The position numbers were made by a program, and so were the translations under genes. The notes under the pieces are model-generated. The model worked only from the letters and a program-made list of their open reading frames with translations, ran no database searches and was not told the origin of the DNA. DNA of 64,000 nt from Escherichia coli (GTDB lineage: Bacteria > Pseudomonadota > Gammaproteobacteria > Enterobacterales > Enterobacteriaceae): the NCBI RefSeq assembly GCF_003018235.1, contig NZ_CP027437.1; one strand, written 5' to 3'. Positions 48,021 through 56,908 of this stretch are shown here, in pieces (position 1 is the first letter of the stretch; every line of letters begins with the position of its first letter).

Positions 48021-49097
48021 GTTGTATAAAGCGGCAGTCGCTTTTAACTCATCGCTGAAAGAATAAATATCATCGAGAGATTCAATAGGATGGCGGGTTT
48101 CGTTTTTCTCTAAGTCAAATAAACCAATATATTTTTGATTTCGATTGAAATGTAATCTACAGAGTGGCTTTCGATTATTGTCATCTACAAGTATACCAAA
48201 ATAGCTTTTTGTATCTCTGTGGACTATTCGTGGTGCATCAAGCACTACGCGAACTATAGCTTTAACAATATGAAATCCTTCAAGTTCCTCCATAGTAGTA
48301 GCAATATCGGTTTCTTCTTTATTAATACATTCTACTTCCTCATTGTGTGAATTCGAATCAATTACAGATAATGACCCACCACCTATTGCCGATTTCAATC
48401 TTTCGTTTATTTGAGAGTTAATATATTGATTGGCAGCTTTCTTTGTTAATTTTGCAAACGTATCTTTTACCTTTTGTGTTAACATACCTTCATAAATTCT
48501 TGCTGCAAAGAATTTTACAAAATCCTCTTCAGGATTATTCATTTGTGCATGGAGAACTTTTTTAATTAAACTAACATATTTTAATTCACCTGCAGCATTA
48601 ATTATTGATTCCAAATCAAATGCTGATTTAGTAAGCTTCTTTATCTCGGGAACAACTGTTTCATCTAAGTCAAGTAGATCTATCTCAAGAAATGGTTTTT
48701 CATCCATTTTATTAGGTGCTTCTAAATCAGTAAAAAATTTATAAACTTGTCCATTGGTTAGAATAGATATTCTTGCATTTGTTACATGAAAGTATCGAAA
48801 AAGCTGTGAAGCATGATTTATATTTAGAGGATCGCCAATTTTTTTGCATTCAATGAGAATCTGAACCTCGCTATTTTTTAAGATTGCATAGTCAATCTTT
48901 TCACCTTTCTTCGTTCCAATATCGCATACAAACTCTGGGATAACTTCGGTAGGATCAAAGACATCATAACCTAACACATTGTTAATGAACGGCATTACGA
49001 AAGCATTTTTGGTAGCTTCCTCCGTTTCAATGACTCCGGCTTGTTGTTTTATTTTTGCGGATAATGAATTCAGCTTATCTATAAACTCCATAGACAT
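48018..49097 (-). CDS. Hypothetical protein with N-terminal HsdR_N-like PD-(D/E)xK nuclease domain and an uncharacterised C-terminal domain
   Basis: 359 aa; AAGGAG Shine-Dalgarno 6 nt upstream; N-terminus has the HsdR_N pattern (TEEATKNAFVMPFINNVLGYD, then IDYAIL ... ILIECKK as D...ExK); gene is markedly AT-rich. Confidence 0.6.
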   Translation of the reverse strand: MSMEFIDKLNSLSAKIKQQAGVIETEEATKNAFVMPFINNVLGYDVFDPTEVIPEFVCDIGTKKGEKIDYAILKNSEVQILIECKKIGDPLNINHASQLFRYFHVTNARISILTNGQVYKFFTDLEAPNKMDEKPFLEIDLLDLDETVVPEIKKLTKSAFDLESIINAAGELKYVSLIKKVLHAQMNNPEEDFVKFFAARIYEGMLTQKVKDTFAKLTKKAANQYINSQINERLKSAIGGGSLSVIDSNSHNEEVECINKEETDIATTMEELEGFHIVKAIVRVVLDAPRIVHRDTKSYFGILVDDNNRKPLCRLHFNRNQKYIGLFDLEKNETRHPIESLDDIYSFSDELKATAALYN

Positions 49098-49571
49098 TAT
49101 AACTCCTTTTATATATATTTAATAAAAATGCGTTTTATAAAAATATAGAAAATATTTATATATTAACGCGTTATCATTGGTCATAGTTAATGTATAACAC
49201 ACAAAAAATAATGTTTGCACATTGTAAATACAATGGTGAAACAAACTTGATATTTATCAAGAAAATAAAACAATGTCTTTTATTGGTTGTTTTAAACGTT
49301 CAATGAATACGAGTTGGAGCTATAGCAAGACTAGCTTCGATATCGCATGGATAATCTAATACAGATTTTTTAACACCTAATACTATGAGTTATATGTAAA
49401 TTGCGAGCATCCTCGCATCTTTTCAACAAGTTACTGCACACCGTTATTCTCCTTCCGAGCGGCATTCCTGAGTCAACTTTATCCCCCTGACGGCCCATAT
49501 AAATCGCGCTATCGTGATTGTTATCGCTAATTGTGTGTGTATCGTGTGTATAATCATGGAAGGGCAGGGAT

Positions 49572-49757
49572 GTGAAAAGTGCAGACGTGATCGCCATCCT
49601 GAAGCAGCATGGCTGGGAACATATTCGAACCCGTGGCAGTCATCATCAGTTCCGCCACCCTGTTCATCCGGGTCTGGTGACGGTTCCGCACCCTAAAAAA
49701 GATATTAAGCCCGGTACGCTGGCGCAAATTGGGCGTCAGGCTGGTTTAACATTTTAA
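49572..49757 (+). CDS. hicA: HicA-family toxin (mRNA interferase)
   Basis: 61 aa; HicA motif HGWEHIRTRGSHHQFRHP...VPHPKKDIKPGTLAQIGRQAGL; GTG start assumed, exact start uncertain. Confidence 0.75.
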   Translation: MKSADVIAILKQHGWEHIRTRGSHHQFRHPVHPGLVTVPHPKKDIKPGTLAQIGRQAGLTF

Positions 49758-49773
49758 AATTTCAGGAGGCAAT

Positions 49774-50184
49774 ATGTTTTATCCCGCCTATATCCACAGT
49801 GATCCTGACGGCAGCGCCAGCGGTTTTTTCCCTGATGTTCCAGGCTGTTATTTTGCTGGTGATACGCTGGACAACGCTTTCCAGGATGCGCGAAGTGCAC
49901 TGGTCGCGCACTTCGAAACCTTATGCGAGATGAATGAAGAGTTGCCGCTTCCAGGCTCTGTGGAAACACATCTGGTCCAGCGTGCGCAGGACTTTATTGG
50001 CGGGCAATGGTTGCTGGTGGATATCAATATGAATCAGTTCGAAGGTCGGGCTGAACGTATCAATATTACGATGCCGAAAAGATTACTGAACAAGATTGAT
50101 ACCTACGTGCGCAATAACCCAGACTACGCCAACAGAAGTGCGTTTCTGGCGGAAGCTGCCCGGCGTGTATTGCCGGGCGCTTAA
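49774..50184 (+). CDS. hicB: HicB-family antitoxin (RNase H-like fold with C-terminal ribbon-helix-helix)
   Basis: 136 aa; AGGAGG Shine-Dalgarno; C-terminal RHH-like segment (ITMPKRLLNKIDTYV...SAFLAEAARRVL); 16 bp after hicA. Confidence 0.75.
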   Translation: MFYPAYIHSDPDGSASGFFPDVPGCYFAGDTLDNAFQDARSALVAHFETLCEMNEELPLPGSVETHLVQRAQDFIGGQWLLVDINMNQFEGRAERINITMPKRLLNKIDTYVRNNPDYANRSAFLAEAARRVLPGA

Positions 50185-50255
50185 TCCCGCGTTTCGATGG
50201 TTGGCGGGCAACCGCACCGATATGTTGATACTGATAAGACGCGTTAAGCGTCGCA

Positions 50256-52220
50256 TCATGCGCTGGTTTCCTCATTCACCCAGATCCGCATTTCGCCTTC
50301 ACCCCGGTTAGCCCAGCTAAACCACGGGATAAACGTCAGAGTTTGCGGCTGGCGTTTGGCTGGCGCGCTGTCGTAATGCCACAGCGGTTGCTGCTCTGGA
50401 TTGCTCTGTTCATACCGGTAACCCGGTGCCTGGATTAAGATCTTATGGCTGAACAATCCCTTGCCTTCAAAGGTCGTAAATGGCGCATCGGCGGGCAGCC
50501 ACAGGTTATGTAGTGACTCGCCGTTGTCGGCCTGTTCCAGGCAATACACCAGCGGGCCGCGCTGAATCGCCACTTTTCCGGCGACGTGACGCACCAGCGG
50601 GTTACCGTAAACGCGGCGTACCGGCATCGGCAAAGTCAGATTCAGCGTATCGCCCTCCTGCCATTCGCGGGTAATGTGCAAATACCCTTTACGAATATCC
50701 TGCCCGACCTCTTCCCCATTCAATATGATCTGCGGCTGTGTGCACCAGTCCGGCAGACGTAAAGCCAGCGTATGACGCACCGGCTGGGGCGATTCAACCG
50801 CAATTGTCACCTGTTCCTGCCACGGATAGTTCCCGCTAATCCGCAGGCGCAACGTGCCATTTTCTACCGGCACTTCCATGCTGTTTCCTGCATATATGTT
50901 GATATACAACGCATCTTCACGCGGCGTGTAGAGATAATGACCAATCGAGGTCAGTACGCGGGCGATATTTGGCGGACAACAAGCGCAGCCAAACCAACGC
51001 TGGCGGATCGGCTTAACGTGATCGTAGATATGGTTGAATTTCAGCGATTTTGGATGTACTTCCAGCGGATTCACATAGAAGAAATGTTTGCCATCCAGTG
51101 CCATGCCGCCGAGCACAGTGTTGTACAGTGCGCGCTCCATCACATCGGCATATTGACTGTCGCCTTCCATTTCCAGCATTCGTCGGGCGAACATCATCAG
51201 GCCGATGGAAGCACAACTTTCGGCGTAAACCGTGTCATTCGGCAGATCGTAATCGCTGCTAAACGCTTCGCCGCTGCTTTGTGAGCCAATGCCGCCGGTA
51301 ATATATAACTGACGCTGGGCCATATTGTTCCACAGCCGCAGGCAATCCTGACGCTTGCTTTCATCGTGACTTAAACGCGCCAGATGTGCGACGCCAGTCA
51401 TCAGGTAGACAAAGCGTACTGCATGTCCGATGGCGGTTTGTTGCTGTGCGATGGGCAAATGCGCCTGGCTGTAGGCTTTATCTTTCACCATCCACGCCGG
51501 GCCGTAGGTGTGCCAGTGCGAGGTCTGCCCGCGCTTTTCATATTCCTGGTCGTAATAGTGCGGTTGCGCACCACGCTGTTCGACAAAATAGTTCGTCAGC
51601 GCCAGGTAGCGCGGCTCTTCGGTCACTTCATACAGGCGCATTAGTGCCAGTTCAATTTCCGGGTGACCAGGATAACCGTGTAACTTACTTTCACCTGGAC
51701 CAAATACGCTGTCGATATGATCGGCCAGACGGCAAACCACTTCCAGCAAGCGCCGCTTGCCCGTGGCCTGGAAGAAGGCGACTCCGGCTTCAATCAGATG
51801 ACCGGCGCAGTAAAGTTCATGACACTCCGCCAGATTGCTCCAGCGTTCTTCGGGCGCTTTTACCGTAAAGTAAGTATTGAGATAGCCATCTTCGCACTGG
51901 GCGGAGGCGATCAGTTCAATCACCTCGTCAGCAGTTTTTTCCAGTTCGGCATCCGGCTTCTGGCACAGCGACCAGGCTACCGCTTCCAGCCATTTGGCGA
52001 CGTCGCTGTCCTGAAACACCATCCCGTAAAATTCACCGTCTTGCAGTCCTGCGGCAATGCGAAAGTTTTCAATCGCATGGCTGGGTTCCGCTTCTGGGAT
52101 ACGATCGTTCAAGGCGTCCCACTGATAAGGAATCACCACATCGCGGACCAGTTGTTGGTACTGACCGAGGAACGGATCGCTGACCGTCAGTTTATGCAGA
52201 TCGACTTCCGAAATGTTCAT
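50256..52220 (-). CDS. Glycoside hydrolase family 127 (DUF1680; beta-L-arabinofuranosidase-like)
   Basis: ORF track starts at an upstream TTG; ATG at 52220 (MNISEVDLHKL) is preceded by AAGGAG and gives about 654 aa; Cys-rich motif WFGCACCPPNIARVL. Confidence 0.75.
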   Translation of the reverse strand: MNISEVDLHKLTVSDPFLGQYQQLVRDVVIPYQWDALNDRIPEAEPSHAIENFRIAAGLQDGEFYGMVFQDSDVAKWLEAVAWSLCQKPDAELEKTADEVIELIASAQCEDGYLNTYFTVKAPEERWSNLAECHELYCAGHLIEAGVAFFQATGKRRLLEVVCRLADHIDSVFGPGESKLHGYPGHPEIELALMRLYEVTEEPRYLALTNYFVEQRGAQPHYYDQEYEKRGQTSHWHTYGPAWMVKDKAYSQAHLPIAQQQTAIGHAVRFVYLMTGVAHLARLSHDESKRQDCLRLWNNMAQRQLYITGGIGSQSSGEAFSSDYDLPNDTVYAESCASIGLMMFARRMLEMEGDSQYADVMERALYNTVLGGMALDGKHFFYVNPLEVHPKSLKFNHIYDHVKPIRQRWFGCACCPPNIARVLTSIGHYLYTPREDALYINIYAGNSMEVPVENGTLRLRISGNYPWQEQVTIAVESPQPVRHTLALRLPDWCTQPQIILNGEEVGQDIRKGYLHITREWQEGDTLNLTLPMPVRRVYGNPLVRHVAGKVAIQRGPLVYCLEQADNGESLHNLWLPADAPFTTFEGKGLFSHKILIQAPGYRYEQSNPEQQPLWHYDSAPAKRQPQTLTFIPWFSWANRGEGEMRIWVNEETSA

Positions 52221-52230
52221 CTTGTGCTCC

Positions 52231-53631
52231 TTAAGGCTGTACATGACGCTGACGCAGGTCGCTAGCAATGCGTGACATCATAGGGTTATTGAGTTTGCAA
52301 AAGCGGATCGCCATCGCCAGCAGTAGGTGGAATAGCGCAGGCAGCAATGTTTCCATCGCCGTGATCCCGCCAAGCGAACTGGCGGTCTGGTTTTCTACGC
52401 CTGGCTGGTAGGCGACAAAAATAAACAGCAGGCTGATGATCCCGGCGCTGGAGGCCCAGGCCAGTTTGATGAAAAACAGATTGAAGGCGAAGTTCATGCC
52501 GGAAGAACGTACGCGGGTTTTCCACTCGCCGTAGTCATCGGCAAAGGCCATCAATGAGAAGTGCAGTGGCAATGTGAAGCCAAGAATCACGCCATTACCG
52601 AGGATCACCGCCAGCCACAGCGTTTGATAAGCCGGGCCGGAGGGCAGGAACCACATCAACACCGCCAGTGAAGCGAGGAGCAGGTTGGTGTAGTAATAAA
52701 TTTTGACGGTATCGAAACGCCGCGTTAACGGGCTGACAATCACCGAGCCGATAATGGAGGCGAAGGTGACCATAGTGAAGAACAGCGACGTGTAGCCCGT
52801 ACTGCCTTGTAAGACGTAGGTAATGAAGTACATATACCCACCGCCGCGAATATTAAAGACGTTAATCAGCAGGAAAGACATGACCAGCATCAGCAGCAGT
52901 TGGTCGTTGTTTCGCAGCCCGGCAAGATGTTCGCGCAGGGTAAATTTCCCCATTGTGGAGAGTGGTACCCGTTCACGAACCCAGAAGAAACAGCACAGGA
53001 ACATCACCACAGCGATGGCGCACAGCACGCCGACGCCCAGTTGATAGCCGCGCGCGGCATTACCCTGACCGAAGAGATCCACCATCCACGGTAAGCCTAC
53101 CGAAACCAGAAATCCCGCTACACCGCAGAGAACGAATCGCCAGGACTGGCAGGAGATCACTTCATTGTGGCGGGTGGTCATGGTGTTGATCAGCGCGCAG
53201 TACGGCACGTTGATGGCGGTATAACCGACTGAAAGGAGCAGGTAAGTGCCGAACGCCCAGGCGATTTTTACTCCCATGCTGGCATCTGGCACGGTGAACG
53301 TCAGGATGCCGATAATGCCGATGGGAATGGCAATCCATAACTGCCACGGACGAAAGCGCCCCCAGTGACTTTGCGTCCGGTCGGCAATGACGCCCATCAC
53401 CGGGTCGGAGATGGCATCAAACACGCGCAGTGCAATAAACAGCGTGCCGACCAGCGCCGGAGTTAAGCCAAAAACGTCGGTGTAGAAAAAGGTGAGAAAG
53501 TTCATGATCAGGCAAGTTATTACGGTGCCGCCTGCGTCACCCAGGCCGTAGCCTATTTTTTCCCGTACAGATAACGCATCGTCAATTTTACCTTTAGCGA
53601 TATCAGCGGTAGTAATCGGTGTAGAGGTCAT
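52231..53631 (-). CDS. MFS glycoside-pentoside-hexuronide (GPH):cation symporter
   Basis: 466 aa, polytopic; GPH signature [25 protein letters not shown]; its stop lies 10 bp before the GH127 start. Confidence 0.8.
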   Translation of the reverse strand: MTSTPITTADIAKGKIDDALSVREKIGYGLGDAGGTVITCLIMNFLTFFYTDVFGLTPALVGTLFIALRVFDAISDPVMGVIADRTQSHWGRFRPWQLWIAIPIGIIGILTFTVPDASMGVKIAWAFGTYLLLSVGYTAINVPYCALINTMTTRHNEVISCQSWRFVLCGVAGFLVSVGLPWMVDLFGQGNAARGYQLGVGVLCAIAVVMFLCCFFWVRERVPLSTMGKFTLREHLAGLRNNDQLLLMLVMSFLLINVFNIRGGGYMYFITYVLQGSTGYTSLFFTMVTFASIIGSVIVSPLTRRFDTVKIYYYTNLLLASLAVLMWFLPSGPAYQTLWLAVILGNGVILGFTLPLHFSLMAFADDYGEWKTRVRSSGMNFAFNLFFIKLAWASSAGIISLLFIFVAYQPGVENQTASSLGGITAMETLLPALFHLLLAMAIRFCKLNNPMMSRIASDLRQRHVQP

Positions 53632-53856
53632 AGATATTCCTCGTGAATAGGGAGCAATTTTTAGTTTTATTGCAATGACCTGATTAATTCTGCCGTGAAC
53701 GGGAATATCAACAAGGCGAGAAAAGAGTAAAAAAAGGTGACGATTCCGACCTGAATTTAAAAGTGTGAATTGGATCAGGTGAAATTAATGTTTTTGATTA
53801 ATAATCAAAAGGTAATGTGTTTAATCATTAATGAATAAGCGGGAAATTACATATCA

Positions 53857-54672
53857 ATGCTCGAATTATCCATGACGTTACCGATTAAAGTGCAAAATGG
53901 TGGATTATTTATTTCCCGTGGCGTAGGGAGGCATCCGGCAAGGCGGCTGGAGTCATGGGAAATTATCTTTGTCGAAAAAGGTCGATTAGCGATTCAGGAA
54001 GAAGAGCGGATATTTCTGGTCGATGCGGGAGAGAGTTTATTACTCTGGCCGAACCGACAGCATGTTGGGGTAGAGGATTTTCCCGCCGATCTCAAATTTT
54101 ACTGGCTGCATTTTGAGGTTAAAGCGCCGGATAGCGACCCGCGCTGGCTCACTCATCTTAGCGTGCCGCAACAAACGAAGGTTGCCGATCCGCAGGCGCT
54201 GGTGGCCCTGTTTCGCCAGTTCTTAAGCGAACAGGAAAAGCATCAACGCACTCCGGCGCTGGAGTTTATTGTGCTGCTGATTTTGCAGCAGCTCACCCGT
54301 GACGCGCGTCTTGATGAACAGGCCGATGCCGCAGGTACCACGCTTGCCTGGAAAGCGCAGAAACTGATCCGCACGCAATATCATCGCCCGCTTTCTACGG
54401 CGCTTTTAGCCCGCGAGCTGTACTGCAATGCCGATTATCTTGGGCGTGTCTATCGGCGGGTGTTTCATCTGACGTTAACAGAAGCAATTCATCGCCAGCG
54501 AGTGCGCGAAGCCGAAAAGCTGTTAATTAGCGAAGCGCGATCGCTCACTGAAGTGGCGGCGTTGTGCGGGTTTAATGACGTTGGCTATTTCCGGCAGATT
54601 TTTCGCAAACACACCGGTTTAACGCCAGCTGCGTGGAAGCGACGTTACAGCAAGGAACATATCAATTCGTAG
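53857..54672 (+). CDS. AraC/XylS-family transcriptional regulator
   Basis: 271 aa, N-terminal cupin-like domain and C-terminal double HTH (...EVAALCGFNDVGYFRQIFRKHTGLTPAAWKR); divergent from the transporter-GH127 pair. Confidence 0.8.
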   Translation: MLELSMTLPIKVQNGGLFISRGVGRHPARRLESWEIIFVEKGRLAIQEEERIFLVDAGESLLLWPNRQHVGVEDFPADLKFYWLHFEVKAPDSDPRWLTHLSVPQQTKVADPQALVALFRQFLSEQEKHQRTPALEFIVLLILQQLTRDARLDEQADAAGTTLAWKAQKLIRTQYHRPLSTALLARELYCNADYLGRVYRRVFHLTLTEAIHRQRVREAEKLLISEARSLTEVAALCGFNDVGYFRQIFRKHTGLTPAAWKRRYSKEHINS

Positions 54673-54703
54673 TGCCGGGGCAATGAAGCCCCGGCGTGAG
54701 GGA

Positions 54704-55399
54704 TTACTGCCCGTAATAGGCATTGGCCCCATGCTTACGCAGGTAGTGCTTATCCAACAGTTCGTTTTGCATCGCAGGAAGCTGCGGCGCAAGCTGACGC
54801 GAGAACAGGCCCATATAGGCACACTCTTCCAGCACCACGGCGTTATGCACTGCATCGGCGGCATTTTTTCCCCAGGCGAACGGGCCGTGAGAATGTACCA
54901 GAACCGCCGGGATTTGCGCTGGACTCCTGCCGCGTTCTTCGAGGGTTTCAATGATCACTTCGCCAGTCTGGTATTCATACTCGCCGTTGATCTCTTCTGC
55001 GGTCATCAGGCGCGTGCAGGGGATGGCTCCATAGAAGTAATCGGCGTGCGTGGTGCCCCAGGCGGGGAGATCCAGCCCGGCCTGTGACCAGATGGTCGCG
55101 TGGCGCGAGTGGGTATGCACAATGCCACCGATTTCGGCATAGCGACGGTAGAGCGCCAGATGCGTTGGCGTGTCGGACGAGGGCTTTTTGCTGCCTTCCA
55201 CCCCCTTACCGCTGGCTATCTCAACCACCACCATATCGTCGGCGGTCATCACGTCGTACTCGACGCCGGAAGGTTTGATTACCATCCATTGCCGCGTTTC
55301 GTCTACCGCGCTGACATTGCCCCAGGTGAACGTCACCAGATGGTGAGCGGGAAGTGCCAGATTTGCCGCCAGCACGTCGGCTTTCAGTTGCTCTAACAT
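54704..55399 (-). CDS. sgbE: L-ribulose-5-phosphate 4-epimerase
   Basis: 231 aa class II aldolase/epimerase fold; last gene of the yiaK-sgbE operon. Confidence 0.85.
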   Translation of the reverse strand: MLEQLKADVLAANLALPAHHLVTFTWGNVSAVDETRQWMVIKPSGVEYDVMTADDMVVVEIASGKGVEGSKKPSSDTPTHLALYRRYAEIGGIVHTHSRHATIWSQAGLDLPAWGTTHADYFYGAIPCTRLMTAEEINGEYEYQTGEVIIETLEERGRSPAQIPAVLVHSHGPFAWGKNAADAVHNAVVLEECAYMGLFSRQLAPQLPAMQNELLDKHYLRKHGANAYYGQ

Positions 55400-56253
55400 A
55401 TAAAACCTGCCTCCTGCATACGCGCTTCAATCCAGCGCCGCGCCTGAATAATCTCCAGCACCGGCTCTTTGGCTTTTTCGGTCCACATCTCAATCAGGAA
55501 AGAACCGCGATAGTTCAGTTCATGCAGCGTTTTGAAGATGCCAACGAAATCGACGCAGCCTTCGCCAAACGGCACGTCGCGGAACTGTCCGGGGCTTTGC
55601 TCGGTGACTGGCTGGGTGTCTTTCAGGTGGATCGCGGCGATACGATCAATGCCCAGTTTCAGTTCGGCGGGAACATCATTGCCCCAGGCGCTGAGGTTGC
55701 CGACGTCCGGGTAGACGGTGAACCACGGCGAGGCGAGCATCTCGTCCCATTTTTTCCATTTGCTGATGGAGTTCATAAACGCGGTATCCATAATCTCCAC
55801 TGCCAGCATGACTTGTGATGCCGCCGCCTGTTCGACCGCCCACGCCAGCCCTTCAGCAAAACGTTGCTGGGTGCCTTCGTCGTGGTCTTCGTAATAGACG
55901 TCGTAACCTGCCAGTTGAATAGTACGAATGCCGAGATCGCGCGCCAGGCGAATCGCTTTACTCATGATCTCCCGTGCTCGCTGGCGTACCGCGTCGTCAC
56001 GGCTACCAAAAGGAAAGCGACGATGTGCGGACAGGCACATCGACGGAATGGCAACACCCGTTTGGATCATCGCAGTGACCAGCAAAGCACGTTGTGCGGC
56101 GCTCCAGTCAAGGCGTGACAGACGCTCGTCAGTTTCATCCACCGACATTTCGACAAAATCAAAGCCGCAGCTTTTTGCCAGCACCAGCCGCTCCGGCCAG
56201 GAGAGATCTTTCGCCAGCGCTTTTTCATAAATCCCTAACGGATGATTACGCAC
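55393..56253 (-). CDS. sgbU: L-xylulose-5-phosphate 3-epimerase (putative)
   Basis: ORF track 316 aa; GTG at 56253 gives 286 aa ([17 protein letters not shown]...), TIM-barrel sugar epimerase; overlaps its neighbours. Confidence 0.8.
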   Translation of the reverse strand: MRNHPLGIYEKALAKDLSWPERLVLAKSCGFDFVEMSVDETDERLSRLDWSAAQRALLVTAMIQTGVAIPSMCLSAHRRFPFGSRDDAVRQRAREIMSKAIRLARDLGIRTIQLAGYDVYYEDHDEGTQQRFAEGLAWAVEQAAASQVMLAVEIMDTAFMNSISKWKKWDEMLASPWFTVYPDVGNLSAWGNDVPAELKLGIDRIAAIHLKDTQPVTEQSPGQFRDVPFGEGCVDFVGIFKTLHELNYRGSFLIEMWTEKAKEPVLEIIQARRWIEARMQEAGFIC

Positions 56254-56908
56254 GCGCGCCTCCCCAGATAGCGTCGATTTGCGCATGGAAATCGCCTGCC
56301 ACCTGTGCCGGATTTGCCGCGCCTGCCAGCGCCCGTCCGGCAATAAACGCCTTTACGCGGATATCTTTAAACAGTGGCAGATCAGCAGGAGTAATACCGC
56401 CGGTAATGGAAAGCTCAAGGCCGATATCGGAAAGCGCCTTCATGCGTGCAAGATCGGCTTCGCCCCACTGTTGCCCGCTGGCTTGCGCGTCGCGACCGCG
56501 ATGATAAATCGCCTGCCGCACGCCAATACGATGCCAGTCGCGGGCGTCGTCCAGCGTCCAGTTACCGAACAGCTCTATCTGAATTTCACCGCCGCAGCGT
56601 TGCGCCATCGCGTGGCCTTTTTCCACCGTCGCGAGCGGTGCGGCGCAGATGATGGTCATCCAGTTAGCGCCTGCGCCAAATGCCTGTTGCGCGAGCGTTT
56701 CACCGGCATCGGCGACCTTCCAGTCAGCGACGATGATTTTGTTCGGGCACTGTTCGCGCAAGGCTTTCACTGCGCCAAGCCCTTCGTTTAAACAGAGAAT
56801 GGTGCCCGCTTCGACGATATCGACGCTGTCTTTTAACAGCATCACGTCGCGCTGTGCGTCTTCAAGTGATGAGTGGTCGAGGGCCAGTTGCAGAAGTGGT
56901 CGGCTCAT
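56246..56908 (-). CDS. sgbH: 3-keto-L-gulonate-6-phosphate decarboxylase
   Basis: 220 aa, OMP-decarboxylase-like; context. Confidence 0.85.
   Translation of the reverse strand: MSRPLLQLALDHSSLEDAQRDVMLLKDSVDIVEAGTILCLNEGLGAVKALREQCPNKIIVADWKVADAGETLAQQAFGAGANWMTIICAAPLATVEKGHAMAQRCGGEIQIELFGNWTLDDARDWHRIGVRQAIYHRGRDAQASGQQWGEADLARMKALSDIGLELSITGGITPADLPLFKDIRVKAFIAGRALAGAANPAQVAGDFHAQIDAIWGGARA

Noticed and set aside
49370-49597. 75-aa minus-strand ORF in the intergenic region between the nuclease-like gene and hicA
   Set aside because: No ribosome-binding site, composition typical of an AT-rich promoter region, and it overlaps the hicA start; more likely promoter DNA than a gene.
47978-54700. 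Calling the aldB-sgbE variable block a mobile element, genomic island or prophage remnant
   Set aside because: No integrase, transposase, IS inverted repeats, tRNA attachment site or direct repeats at the junctions were seen; it is reported as a replacement-type variable region instead.
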